64,000 nt of DNA from Candidatus Subterrananammoxibius californiae (GTDB taxonomy: Bacteria; Planctomycetota; Brocadiia; Brocadiales; Subterrananammoxibiaceae): contig JAURAC010000001.1 of assembly GCA_030586555.1 (NCBI GenBank), forward strand, positions 1 to 64,000, in the 5' to 3' direction. Shown here one piece after another: positions 38,679-48,708 of the stretch; position 1 is the stretch's first letter, and every line of letters begins with the position of its first letter. Both the position numbers and the translations under genes were made by a program. The notes beneath the pieces were generated by a model. That model saw only the letters and a program-made list of their open reading frames with translations. It had not been told where the DNA came from and ran no database searches.

Positions 38679-39509
38679 ATGGCCAAATTAACCGGTATCG
38701 AAAAATGGAAGCTTGAGAAACTACTTGAAATGGGAAGTGGGTATGTTCTTGGTTTTTCGAATAGAACACTTCAGGAATTTATCTTCGACAACACCGGTCT
38801 TGATATTTATGACGATAAATATAATTATGCAAGCGGCTCAAAAGCAAATAGGCTCCGAGCATTTTGGGAACAGGAATCAAATTATGTAGTAGGGGAATTG
38901 ATAGAGGATCTTCTTGAGTGTTGGAGAACCCAACGAATAGTGAGTGGCTCGAATATTACGTCATCTGAACAAACCCTCTACGAAGAATGTCTCAAGGTTT
39001 CAGAGAAGTTAAAGCAGGATAGTGCCGTCGAAAACATTGATGCTATACACCCCACCACTGACGACAAGGATTTTGCATTATTGGCAAAATCAATCAGAGA
39101 AAGCGTTACAAGAAATGAACCCGAGGGCGCATTAGATAGATTACATACTTTCATAGTGCGATACATCAGAGAGTTGTGCGATAAGCACTCTATTGGGTAT
39201 GGCAAAAATACACCGCTACACAGCTTGTTTGGTGGATATATAAAATACTTGCGTGAAAATAACATTATCGAATCTGAAATGACTGAGAGAATTTTAAAAT
39301 CTTCGATCTCGGTGTTGGAAGCATTCAACAATGTAAGAAATAATCAAAGCTTTGCGCATGACAATCCTATTTTAAATTATCACGAGAGTATTTTAATAAT
39401 TAACGATATCTCAAATGTAATTCGATTTATTGAATCAATAGAACTGAAGCAGGCGGCACGTCAAGGGAAACTAAAAGATGAAGCACCTTGGGAAGATATT
39501 CCTTTCTAA
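38679..39509 (+). CDS. Abortive-infection family protein (Abi_C / HEPN-like C-terminus)
   Basis: GYVL.FSN.T, GSKANRLR.FW, RNNQSFAH (Rx6H). Confidence 0.75.
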   Translation: MAKLTGIEKWKLEKLLEMGSGYVLGFSNRTLQEFIFDNTGLDIYDDKYNYASGSKANRLRAFWEQESNYVVGELIEDLLECWRTQRIVSGSNITSSEQTLYEECLKVSEKLKQDSAVENIDAIHPTTDDKDFALLAKSIRESVTRNEPEGALDRLHTFIVRYIRELCDKHSIGYGKNTPLHSLFGGYIKYLRENNIIESEMTERILKSSISVLEAFNNVRNNQSFAHDNPILNYHESILIINDISNVIRFIESIELKQAARQGKLKDEAPWEDIPF

Positions 39510-39757
39510 TTATATTACAGGTGACAGGTCACGCTGAATTGAAGAAGTAATCATCTCCGCAAACCGTCGCTTGATTGAGATGAAGGGGAGAAATTGATCA
39601 AACTTTAGTGGAAAAATAACTATGGCAAGGCGCATTATAGATGTCGCCTTCCGCCATAAAATGCGACATCGGCCCCTTTACTTTTTCCCTAACCCGTTAT
39701 TCAGCTCTTAAAACGGCAGACAAAACATTCCCTAAAATAGCCTTTTCCGGCAAAGGT

Positions 39758-39879
39758 TTAAAACGCTTCCAGGAACGTTTTTGCCTTAATAACAAATTCA
39801 ATTGGGTTTGTGCCTCGTTCCTTTTCTATAATGTAAAATCCGCTGTATCCACCTCGAAAAGGACATATACAAAATCCTT
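39758..39879 (-). pseudogene. Orphan diverged copy of the sugar-phosphate isomerase 3' end
   Basis: GYSGFYIIEKERGTNPIEFVIKAKTFLEAF* versus GYNGFYIIERERGTNPISFIVKAKEFLERL* at 40775-40897; one 1-nt deletion. Confidence 0.9.
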
Positions 39880-40175
39880 TTGGTATGCTTTATGCTAATC
39901 CTTTAGAAAAAGAGTTTGCTCTTTTGAAAAAAGGGTTGGTTGAAATCAGTTCAGCTCAGATACCCCCCCCATCTTAATCCTTACCCTCAGGATAGAGGGA
40001 TAGGTGATGTGATGAATTAGGATAAGCTCTTGATTACACCGTACTTGTAAATGCAATTTTGCTGAGGCTGGGTTGTAGCAAGTCCATCGAATTTGCTTTT
40101 CACCATCCCAAAGTTTTGCAAATTAAATCCGATTTTACCATATGTTTCCACTGTACATTTTTGAACCATTATATG

Positions 40176-40217
40176 AGGGACACATCCCATTTATACGTAT
40201 AAATGGGATGTGTCCCT
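40176..40217. repeat. Perfect 42-bp palindrome, copy 1
   Basis: agggacacatcccatttatacgtataaatgggatgtgtccct. Confidence 0.95.
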
Positions 40218-40235
40218 GATTCGAAAGGAGGCTTT

Positions 40236-40715
40236 ATGTTCTCAAACAAGTCTTTAGTGTCTTTGCTATTTGCTCTAATGATTAGTGTACCAACCTTAAC
40301 CTTTGCTGACCAACAATCAAACGCCAATGGATGTATCGGTGAGTGCTCCCAAACAGATGCCGTAGAGAAATCAACCCCTCGCATTATAGGGACTTTCAAG
40401 TGCTTCAGATTAACAAACCCAGATTATCCTGAAACAGAATGGGAGATTATTGTGGAGAAGGCTGGCAAGACAGTCATTGGCGGAGAAATTACAGGAACCA
40501 TTTGCGGCGGCTTATGGAATATCACAGGTGGTACGTTAACCAAGAAATATTTACTTCTAAATGCCATCTGTGCAGGTGAAAACTGCGGTCCGTGTTTTTC
40601 TTCAGTAGTAATTGAAGGTTTCAAGAGCGGTCGCGGTAGATATAATGGAACTTATATATGGGATGGTAGCACGATTATTTACAACTTTAACGCAAAAAAA
40701 CATAAATGCCAATAG
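40236..40715 (+). CDS. Secreted Cys-containing hypothetical protein
   Basis: SD AAGGAGG then ATG 40236, signal peptide. Confidence 0.7.
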   Translation: MFSNKSLVSLLFALMISVPTLTFADQQSNANGCIGECSQTDAVEKSTPRIIGTFKCFRLTNPDYPETEWEIIVEKAGKTVIGGEITGTICGGLWNITGGTLTKKYLLLNAICAGENCGPCFSSVVIEGFKSGRGRYNGTYIWDGSTIIYNFNAKKHKCQ

Positions 40716-40726
40716 GCTGGCTTTGG

Positions 40727-40768
40727 AGGGACACATCCCATTTATACGTATAAATGGGATGTGTCCCT
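40727..40768. repeat. Perfect 42-bp palindrome, copy 2 (identical)
   Basis: Identical to 40176-40217. Confidence 0.95.
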
Positions 40769-40774
40769 GATTTG

Positions 40775-41557
40775 CTAAAGCCTTTCCAAGAACTCTTTTG
40801 CCTTGACAATAAAACTAATTGGGTTTGTGCCTCGTTCCCTTTCTATAATGTAAAATCCATTGTATCCAACCTCAAAAAGGGCATAAACAAAATCCTTGAA
40901 AGGTACAGAGCCCTCATCTAAAGGGGTCTCAATTAATTTACCTTCGTCGGTTCTGCGTTCATTCTTTGCCCGCACCTGCACGATATATTCTTGCAGGTCA
41001 TAAACACCTTTTATGGGGTCAAAACAGTTTAATGCAAGCTTAGAGGGGTCGTAATTTATCTTTACACCACGGTTAGTTAACTGGTTCAGGAAGCGTTTAA
41101 GTAACTGGGGGTCTTCGTTTCCCGTTTCTGTGGCGAGAGAACACTCATAATCCTCGGCATATTTGCCGACCTCGTTCAAGGCTGCGCTCATTATTCGCCA
41201 CTGTTTAGCCTTCTCGTCCCCGGGAACAGTTCCAATAGCCGTGGTAACTATATTTGTTTTTAAATCAACTGCAAGGTTAATGATGGACTTTGTTTTCTCA
41301 ATAATTTCATCGAGTTCGTTTACATTTGTAAAGCCCGGAGCGAACTCGCCGCATAATGAGGATAGTTGTATCTTGTAGGTTTTAATGAAATGCAGGAAAT
41401 CCCTTCTGCCTGTTGCAGACAAGTTAGTTGGGGAAAGTTCACCACGGGTTGCATCTGCCTGAAAACCTTTAAAGCCGATTGAGGCAGCCTTCCGTATGCC
41501 TTCCCTTAAGCCCAATCTGAGTGATTCGAGTCGAACCACGAGTTTCAGTCTTCCCAT
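40775..41557 (-). CDS. Sugar phosphate isomerase/epimerase (xylose isomerase-like TIM barrel)
   Basis: ETG.E, NYDP, GY.G..IIERE. Confidence 0.82.
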   Translation of the reverse strand: MGRLKLVVRLESLRLGLREGIRKAASIGFKGFQADATRGELSPTNLSATGRRDFLHFIKTYKIQLSSLCGEFAPGFTNVNELDEIIEKTKSIINLAVDLKTNIVTTAIGTVPGDEKAKQWRIMSAALNEVGKYAEDYECSLATETGNEDPQLLKRFLNQLTNRGVKINYDPSKLALNCFDPIKGVYDLQEYIVQVRAKNERRTDEGKLIETPLDEGSVPFKDFVYALFEVGYNGFYIIERERGTNPISFIVKAKEFLERL

Positions 41558-41578
41558 TTTTAAACCGCGTCCGAAGTG

Positions 41579-41642
41579 GTAGGGGCGTATTGTCGTGCCT
41601 GAGGCAGACTCGCCATTTTTTGGGCGAGCAATACGCCCCTAC
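41579..41642. repeat. GTAG REP with nested GCCTGAGGCAGACTCGCC..GGCGAG element
   Basis: gtaggggcgtattg [insert] caatacgcccctac. Confidence 0.8.
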
Positions 41643-41665
41643 TTTTTTCAAAGAAGGCGAGGGTG

Positions 41666-42316
41666 CTACTTGAGTGGAACAGACCAGTAGGCATTATCCA
41701 GGATTTGCTTCCAGGAACTATACTTCTCTGAACCAAGTTTTAGTGTTAAGACGGGGCTGTGCTTTGGCTGTATTGGCTTCTTTTTTAACTTCATGCCAGC
41801 TTCTTCGGGGGTGCGTCCGCCTTTTCGTTTATTGCAATTGGTGCATGCGCAAACAATGTTTGTCCAGGTGCTTCCTCCGCCACGAGACCTGGGGATAACG
41901 TGTTCGAGGCTGAGTTCAGATGTCGGGAACTTTCGACCGCAATACTGACAACGATTCTCGTCCCTCGCAAAAAGATTTCTCCTGTTGAACTTCACGTTTG
42001 ACTGGGGAAGTTTGTCGTAAAAGAGGAGCCGAATTATTCTGGGTACCCTTATTTCTAACGATACGGTCTTTATCCATTCTCCATTATCGTCATTTGTAAG
42101 TCTCACCCTTGCCTTGTATTGTGAAACATCCATCCAGCTTTCAAAGTTATAGGAATTGAACTTGCCATCGTCAATGGAGATTACCTCTGCGGTCTCCTTG
42201 CAAAGCAGGGTAAATGCCCTTTTAACTGTAACAACGTGAAGCGCCATAAAAAACTTATTAACGACAAGAACGCTTGATTGTAATAGGTTCGGTTGTTGTA
42301 CACCAACTAATTCCAT
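41666..42316 (-). CDS. HNH endonuclease (McrA-like)
   Basis: RD..RCQYCG, EHVIPRSRGG..W.N.V.AC..CN..KG. Confidence 0.9.
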   Translation of the reverse strand: MELVGVQQPNLLQSSVLVVNKFFMALHVVTVKRAFTLLCKETAEVISIDDGKFNSYNFESWMDVSQYKARVRLTNDDNGEWIKTVSLEIRVPRIIRLLFYDKLPQSNVKFNRRNLFARDENRCQYCGRKFPTSELSLEHVIPRSRGGGSTWTNIVCACTNCNKRKGGRTPEEAGMKLKKKPIQPKHSPVLTLKLGSEKYSSWKQILDNAYWSVPLK

Positions 42317-42376
42317 AATACATCGTCCCTACAAATTATCCTACGGTAGGGGCAGGTTTAAAACCTGCCCCTACGG

Positions 42377-43438
42377 CTATTCAATCGCCTCAACAACAAG
42401 GTCACCCACCTCAGTTGTCGAGAAGCCCATCTTACCCGCATCAAGGCTTTTTAGCTTCTCGCCTGTAACTTTCATAACTGCGCGCTCAACAGACTTTGCG
42501 GCATCCTCTTCCCCAAGAAACTCGAGCATCATTGCACACGCACAAATTGCGGCAAGCGGGTTGATGACATTTTTTCCAGTATATTTAGGGGCAGAACCGC
42601 CAATAGGCTCAAACATGGATACCCCTTTTGGATTTATATTACCACCTGCCGCTATGCCCATTCCACCCTGAATCATTGCTCCGAGGTCCGTAATTATGTC
42701 CCCAAACATATTTTCCGTAACGATTACGTCAAACCACTCAGGATTTTTCACCATCCACATACAAGTGGCATCCACGTGGGCATAATCTGTAGTTACATCC
42801 TTGTACTCGGTAGCTACTTCATTAAACGCCCGCCACCAGAGGTCCTGGGCGTATGTCAATACATTTGTTTTACCGCAAAGGAGAAGCTTTTTCCGCTTAT
42901 TCCTTTTCCTTGTATATTCAAAGGCATATCGAATACACCTTTCAACGCCCTTGCGCGTACAGACCATTTCCTGGATGGCAACCTCTTCAGGTGTTCCTTT
43001 TCTAACGAATCCCCCTGCGCCTACATATAGTCCCTCATTATTTTCCCTGACCACGACAAAATCAATATCCTCAGGTCCTTTGTTTTTAAGGGGACAATTT
43101 ACACCAGGGTATAATTTTACTGGCCTTAAATTAATATACTGTTCTAACTCAAATCTCAGTTTTAGTAATAAGCCCTTTTCGAGTATGCCTGGAGGGACGT
43201 CAGGGTGTCCAACTGCGCCGAGGTAAATTGCATCGAATTTTCTGAATTCATCGAGTGCTGAAGCTGGTAAGACCTCTCCAGTATTCAGATAATGTTCCCC
43301 TCCAAAGTCGTACTCCACAGTTTCATATTTAATCCCCTTCTTATCGCTAACCGCCTGAAGCACCTTAAGTCCTTCTCTAATGACCTCAGGTCCAGTGCCG
43401 TCACCGGGTACAACTGCAATCTTATATACCTTGGGAAT
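42377..43438 (-). CDS. leuB: 3-isopropylmalate dehydrogenase (probable ATT start)
   Basis: [14 protein letters not shown] lies upstream of the ORF-track start; [25 protein letters not shown]. Confidence 0.88.
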   Translation of the reverse strand: MPKVYKIAVVPGDGTGPEVIREGLKVLQAVSDKKGIKYETVEYDFGGEHYLNTGEVLPASALDEFRKFDAIYLGAVGHPDVPPGILEKGLLLKLRFELEQYINLRPVKLYPGVNCPLKNKGPEDIDFVVVRENNEGLYVGAGGFVRKGTPEEVAIQEMVCTRKGVERCIRYAFEYTRKRNKRKKLLLCGKTNVLTYAQDLWWRAFNEVATEYKDVTTDYAHVDATCMWMVKNPEWFDVIVTENMFGDIITDLGAMIQGGMGIAAGGNINPKGVSMFEPIGGSAPKYTGKNVINPLAAICACAMMLEFLGEEDAAKSVERAVMKVTGEKLKSLDAGKMGFSTTEVGDLVVEAIE

Positions 43439-43631
43439 GAGTGCTCCTCTTTAAATAAAAAGTCTAACTAATTCTATCGGTCGGATTAGTTGAATTGGTT
43501 TAAGACCAATAAAACCAGCAAGGCAAATAATACGGTTTAATCATAGAATTATAATTGCCTTAATCTGAATTTTCAAGGATAAATTATACGGGGGGGTGTG
43601 GTACAGATTTTAATCTTAGGTTTAACCATGT

Positions 43632-43667
43632 GGGTGGCACGGACAAACTTGTTTGTCCGTGCCACCC
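43632..43667. repeat. GGGTGGCACGGA palindrome
   Basis: gggtggcacggacaaac-tt-gtttgtccgtgccaccc; paired version at 56811-56893. Confidence 0.8.
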
Positions 43668-43716
43668 TGTTACACAGGCGCTCGTGATATTATCATCGTT
43701 CGCCATGAAATATTAC

Positions 43717-45102
43717 TTAACGGTATCCGGGATAACATTCTGTCCCGTGTTCGACAACGTCCATACCTTGCAATTCTGCCTCTGCTGTGGCTCTAATTCC
43801 AATAGTATATTTTATGAAGACAAAGATGCCCAGCCCGAGCGAGAAACACCACGCCATTGCAGTAACGGCAGCTATGAACTGGGAAAACAATTGCCCAACA
43901 TGACCCATTATTAGCCCATTAACGCCCTGATAAGTGCCGTCTGCAAAGACGCCCACCGAGAGTAAACCCCATAATCCATTAGCGCCATGTACGGATACTG
44001 CTCCCACCGGGTCATCTACCTTGAGTGTGGTTTCGATAAAGTGCACGCACCCTCTCATTATAAATGCCGCTATAATCCCGATAACGACCGCTGCCCATGG
44101 AGGAACGTATGCGCTTGAGGCTGTAATAGCCACGCATCCTGCCAGTGTACCGTTACATGCCATTTGCATATCCGCTTTGCCTGTGGTGAAATAGGTATAA
44201 TAAATCATCACCAATGCGCCCATTGTGGCTGCAAGGAAGGTATTTAAGGCAATTATTGATACCCTCAAATCGGTAACTCGCATAGTGCTTCCTGCATTAA
44301 ACCCAAACCATCCAAAGAGCAGGATGAGCGTGCCAGAGATTACATATACAAGATTGTGCCCTGGGATTACCACTGGCTTGCCGTTTTCATATTTACCAAT
44401 CCTTGGACCAACCATCCATGCGCCAATAAACGCAATCAAGCCTCCAATGGCATGCACCACGCCTGAGCCAGCAAAGTCCTTTGCACCCGTCCCAAAAGGA
44501 AGGATTGAAAGCCAACCGCCGCCCCACATCCAATGCCCGTAAAGGGGATAAACAATGCCTGTAATTAAAAAGGTATATATCAAATACGCCTGAAACTTTA
44601 CCCTCTCTGCCACCGCGCCTGCAACAATGGTAGCAGCAGCAGCAGCAAACATCATCTGGAATAGCCAGGTTACTGCAGTTTGGACATCATACGAATCACC
44701 AAGCAGCAAGAACCCGCTGTAGCCTACAAAAGAATTTCCATTGACTAACCCTGGGGCTAACTGAGAGCCTCCAAACATCAGCGAAAAACCAAATAACCAG
44801 AAGGTAAACGACCCTGCGCAGAAGTCTATATAGCTCATTGTTAGGTAGTTGAGGGTGTTTTTTCTGCGAATAAATCCTGCACCGAGGAAGGCAAATCCAG
44901 CCTGCATATTAAAGACTAAAAATGCACATAGTAGTACCCAAGCAAAATTAATAGCAAATTGGAGACCCTCAAGCGTATCCGAGTAAGTTTTTACCCCGCT
45001 CGGGTCGCCTGCCAAGGCTGGCGTTGCCATTAGAAAAATCGCTACCACAGGAACTATCAGATTCGCTTTGCTCACTGCAAGCCATAACTGTCTCTTCTTC
45101 AT
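43717..45102 (-). CDS. amtB: Ammonium transporter (Amt family)
   Basis: DFAGSGVVH, GWFGFNAGS, DDPVGAVSVHG. Confidence 0.93.
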   Translation of the reverse strand: MKKRQLWLAVSKANLIVPVVAIFLMATPALAGDPSGVKTYSDTLEGLQFAINFAWVLLCAFLVFNMQAGFAFLGAGFIRRKNTLNYLTMSYIDFCAGSFTFWLFGFSLMFGGSQLAPGLVNGNSFVGYSGFLLLGDSYDVQTAVTWLFQMMFAAAAATIVAGAVAERVKFQAYLIYTFLITGIVYPLYGHWMWGGGWLSILPFGTGAKDFAGSGVVHAIGGLIAFIGAWMVGPRIGKYENGKPVVIPGHNLVYVISGTLILLFGWFGFNAGSTMRVTDLRVSIIALNTFLAATMGALVMIYYTYFTTGKADMQMACNGTLAGCVAITASSAYVPPWAAVVIGIIAAFIMRGCVHFIETTLKVDDPVGAVSVHGANGLWGLLSVGVFADGTYQGVNGLIMGHVGQLFSQFIAAVTAMAWCFSLGLGIFVFIKYTIGIRATAEAELQGMDVVEHGTECYPGYR

Positions 45103-45171
45103 CTCATTCCCCTCCCATGCCGCATCTCTGCGGTCCCCCTTTAATGTTTCCTTTATAATATTTAACCCTGA

Positions 45172-46479
45172 TTAGGCAAATGCCTTTGCGCCAATATCAG
45201 TACGGAAAAAAGCTCCATCAAAGGAAATCTGGCGAATAACCTCGTATGCCCTTTTTTGCGCCTCTCTAATATCCTTTCCCAATGCAGTAACACCAAGGAC
45301 GCGACCACCATCGGTTACAATCTTTCCATGTTTAAGCGTTGTTCCCGCATGAAAAATTTGAACGTCATCCTGCCCTTTTTGCGACTCCAGACCATGTATT
45401 TCTTTCCATTTCTCATATTTTTCTGGATAACCCTTAGATGCCATAACCACACAGACGCTTGCCCTTTCATCCCAGTCCAATCCGCCTGAGGCAGACTTAT
45501 CGAGGCTTTCCTCAACGGTTGCATAGAGCAAAGGTACCAGGTCGCATTTCAGACGCATAATCAATGCCTGCGTTTCAGGGTCCCCAAAACGTGCGTTAAA
45601 TTCCAGCACCTTGGGTCCCTCGGAAGTAATCATTAGTCCAGCATAAAGCACGCCCTTGTAAGGGCTGTTTTCCTTTTTCATTGCATGAACGATAGGTACA
45701 AGGATTTCCCTCTCAATTCGGTAATAAAGTTCACGATTGATGATGGGGACAGGTGAATAAGCCCCCATTCCTCCTGTGTTAGGACCCTTGTCACCGTCAT
45801 AGGCAGTTTTGTGGTCCTGTACGGATTCAAGGGGCACAATCGTCTTGCCATCCGTAAGGGCAAGTATCGAAACCTCTTCTCCGGTCAGGTATTCCTCAAC
45901 CACTATATGGTCTCCAGCCTCGCGAAAAAATTTATCCCTCAAAATAAGATCAACTTTTTGGAATGCATCCTCCTCGGTTTTACACACGTAAGTGCCTTTT
46001 CCTCTCGTAAGCCCATCTGCTTTAATCACCACAGGTGTGCCAAGTGAAGATACGTACTTCTTTGCCATAGACGGCTCGTCAAAGACCTTGAAATCTGCGG
46101 TTGGAATGCCATGCTTTCGCATAATATTTTTAGCAAAGCTCTTACTGCCTTCTATCATTGCAGCCCGTTTACTGGGTCCAAATATCTTGAGTCCCCCTTT
46201 CTCGAATTTATCCACAACACCAGCTGAAAGCGGGTCCTCGGGTCCCACCACGGTAAGGTCAATATGGTGCTTAAAGGCAAAGTTATAAAGTGCGCCAATA
46301 TCTTCTGCACTTATATCTATGCATTCAGCCACCTGAGCGATACCGGGATTGCCCGGTGCGCAAAACACCTTTTCCACAAGTGGCGACTGGGCAATCTTCC
46401 AGGCAAGGCTGTGCTCACGCCCTCCACCTCCGACTATCAATATTTTCAATTTATTTCCTTTCATGACTTGCTTTCCCAT
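45172..46479 (-). CDS. purD: Phosphoribosylamine-glycine ligase
   Basis: GGGGREH, GPNTGGMGAY, LEFNARFGDPE. Confidence 0.97.
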   Translation of the reverse strand: MGKQVMKGNKLKILIVGGGGREHSLAWKIAQSPLVEKVFCAPGNPGIAQVAECIDISAEDIGALYNFAFKHHIDLTVVGPEDPLSAGVVDKFEKGGLKIFGPSKRAAMIEGSKSFAKNIMRKHGIPTADFKVFDEPSMAKKYVSSLGTPVVIKADGLTRGKGTYVCKTEEDAFQKVDLILRDKFFREAGDHIVVEEYLTGEEVSILALTDGKTIVPLESVQDHKTAYDGDKGPNTGGMGAYSPVPIINRELYYRIEREILVPIVHAMKKENSPYKGVLYAGLMITSEGPKVLEFNARFGDPETQALIMRLKCDLVPLLYATVEESLDKSASGGLDWDERASVCVVMASKGYPEKYEKWKEIHGLESQKGQDDVQIFHAGTTLKHGKIVTDGGRVLGVTALGKDIREAQKRAYEVIRQISFDGAFFRTDIGAKAFA

Positions 46480-46549
46480 TTTATTGTGTACGCCTCATGG
46501 TTTCAAGAGAAAAGCACTAAACGTAATTTTAAATTTTTTTGAAAATTTG

Positions 46550-46675
46550 TTGACAATCTCTTGTTTTGTGGTATAGTTACTATGCAAAATATTGTGTATG
46601 CTGAATAGTTTTAAAGGAAAAGTGTAAGATGTAGCATTTTAAGGGTTGTAACAGTCTCTTATTTTGTGGTATAAT
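46550..46675 (+). promoter_or_regulatory. Tandem duplicated sigma70-like promoters
   Basis: tgacaatctcttgttttgtggtatagt (46551) versus taacagtctcttattttgtggtataat (46649). Confidence 0.6.
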
Positions 46676-46719
46676 TAAAATAAATAATTGGTTATCTACA
46701 CAAAACGGAAGGAGCATAA

Positions 46720-47109
46720 ATGACCGAAACGTCTACTCTGATATTTAGACCAGAAGATATTCTAATTAGCGTATTTCATTATTTTCCACCAGAAAAAAGA
46801 AAGTTTTCTGCGGACAGAGAAAATATACATACTGCTTTTTATAGATTGAAAAAAGAATATCAAAAGCTTCTTAAAGAATTTACTTTTAATCCCGATAAAA
46901 TATTTCCCACTTCGGGAGTATTAGATCAGGCATTAAATAATTTAGAATTTTCTAGATATTTAACAAAATTTAATCCTTATTTAGAGCGTTACGAAATACA
47001 ACCGGTTCTTGATTCTTACTTCGACGAAAAGCTTAAAGAAGAATTTTTAGACTATATAGACGAAATTAAATCCATTTCTGAGCAATTACAGAACGCTTTA
47101 GGATTGTAA
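46720..47109 (+). CDS. Hypothetical protein (AT-rich), likely co-transcribed with the HD hydrolase
   Basis: SD AAGGAG; 129-aa ORF ending 24 nt before the HD gene. Confidence 0.7.
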   Translation: MTETSTLIFRPEDILISVFHYFPPEKRKFSADRENIHTAFYRLKKEYQKLLKEFTFNPDKIFPTSGVLDQALNNLEFSRYLTKFNPYLERYEIQPVLDSYFDEKLKEEFLDYIDEIKSISEQLQNALGL

Positions 47110-47133
47110 GATTGTCTCTAATTCTACTTTTGT

Positions 47134-48708
47134 ATGTCCCAAAATCCGCAAACACAGGAATTCTTCCCTTCGCTTCCTAAAGAGTTATTAGAGCGTATTG
47201 GAGATTTTATAGAAGAATTTGTTGTTAAGTATCCTTCCAGAGATGTTAGAGCTTCCAAAATTGTTCACGATCCCTTGTGGGGTACGATTTCATTAAAACC
47301 TTTCGAAATAGCTCTAATCGATTCTCCGCTTATTCAAAGATTACGCCAAATTCATCAAACTTCTTTGTCATATTTGACTTTTCCTACTTCGACTCACTCA
47401 AGGTTTGAACACATGCTGGGAGTTCTTGCCCAAACAAACAAACTTATAGATTCTTTGTGTTTTCAAGGTAGCTACCAAGACTTAATAGCTGGAGCAAGAA
47501 CAGACATAAGACTTGCTGCAATTTTACATGACTGTGGGCATGGACCCTTGTCTCACGCAAGTGAAGAAATTTACAGGTATTGTGATGATATGCAGAAATT
47601 AATTGAGAAAGGCGGCAAATATGAGGGCAAGCATCCACACGAAGTTTTGGCGCATTTAATTGTTACACATCCAAAATTTCGTGATTGTATTACGGATTTA
47701 AAGTGGAAATACGGTTTTGATTGCGATTTACAAAAAATCGCTGATACGATTATAGGAAAAGCTGAAGATGATAAAAAATATATAACCCAAATTTTAAATG
47801 GTCCTTTTGATGCAGACAAGATTGATTATATTTTTAGAGACGGACATTTTACAGGACTTCCATTAACGGTTGATTTGGATAGGTTATGGTATTGTGTTAA
47901 GATCGATTGGCTTATTGATGAGGAAAAAGAAATAAAAAAGAGAATATTAATGGTCGAGTATAACGGCATGTCACCACTTGAACAGATTCTTTTTTGTAAA
48001 ATTATTTTATTTTCTACAATATATCATCATCAAAAAGTTCGTGCCACTGATTGCATGTTTAAAGGAATAGTTGAATATATAAAGAATCATCCTAACTTAA
48101 CTTTTGGGGATAGGAAGTTAAAGTTTCATAATGCAACAGATTTTCTTTGTATAACCGATGGTACATTCTTTAGTGAAGCTTTGTTAACTAAAGATAACGA
48201 ATTACGTGAAATGATTAATAATATACTGTATAGAAGACTATTTTTGAGAGCATTGGTAATTTCCCCAAATACTATAGAAGGATTGACCTGGGATAGCTAT
48301 AAAGAAGGTAAAGAACATCCGGCTAAAGAATATATAGACTTTCAAAAGTTGAGTCAGAAGAAAATTTATAACTTTAAGGACTTACGTGACTTTGCAGAGG
48401 AAATTTGGAGAGCTTCCGGACGACCATGTTTGAAAGAAGAAATTTGGATTGATGTACCTTCCTTTCCACCAACAGGGGAAACCGACGAAACGTTCATTAA
48501 ATATCCTTCTAAACCTGAAAAAATGTCAAAGGTTTTTCCTGTTCATGAATGGGTAGAAATGTATGTGTTCCACAAATGGAAAGCCCACGTCTTTTGTCCT
48601 GCCAAATGCCAAAACAAAGTTTCTAAAGCCGCTCAGGATGTTTTAGAACAAAAATTTAAGTTTAAATTTAATGATTTAGCTTGGACATCCTGCCATATTT
48701 CTCGTTAA
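47134..48708 (+). CDS. HD-domain dNTP triphosphohydrolase-like protein (SAMHD1-like)
   Basis: HDPLWG, QRLRQIHQ, HSRFEH, LHDCGHGPLSH, DADKIDY..RD, YHH.KVR. Confidence 0.88.
   Translation: MSQNPQTQEFFPSLPKELLERIGDFIEEFVVKYPSRDVRASKIVHDPLWGTISLKPFEIALIDSPLIQRLRQIHQTSLSYLTFPTSTHSRFEHMLGVLAQTNKLIDSLCFQGSYQDLIAGARTDIRLAAILHDCGHGPLSHASEEIYRYCDDMQKLIEKGGKYEGKHPHEVLAHLIVTHPKFRDCITDLKWKYGFDCDLQKIADTIIGKAEDDKKYITQILNGPFDADKIDYIFRDGHFTGLPLTVDLDRLWYCVKIDWLIDEEKEIKKRILMVEYNGMSPLEQILFCKIILFSTIYHHQKVRATDCMFKGIVEYIKNHPNLTFGDRKLKFHNATDFLCITDGTFFSEALLTKDNELREMINNILYRRLFLRALVISPNTIEGLTWDSYKEGKEHPAKEYIDFQKLSQKKIYNFKDLRDFAEEIWRASGRPCLKEEIWIDVPSFPPTGETDETFIKYPSKPEKMSKVFPVHEWVEMYVFHKWKAHVFCPAKCQNKVSKAAQDVLEQKFKFKFNDLAWTSCHISR

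Noticed and set aside
40176..40768. Classical integron attC sites
   Set aside because: Perfect palindromes without extrahelical bases or RYYYAAC/GTTRRRY ends; no intI in the window.
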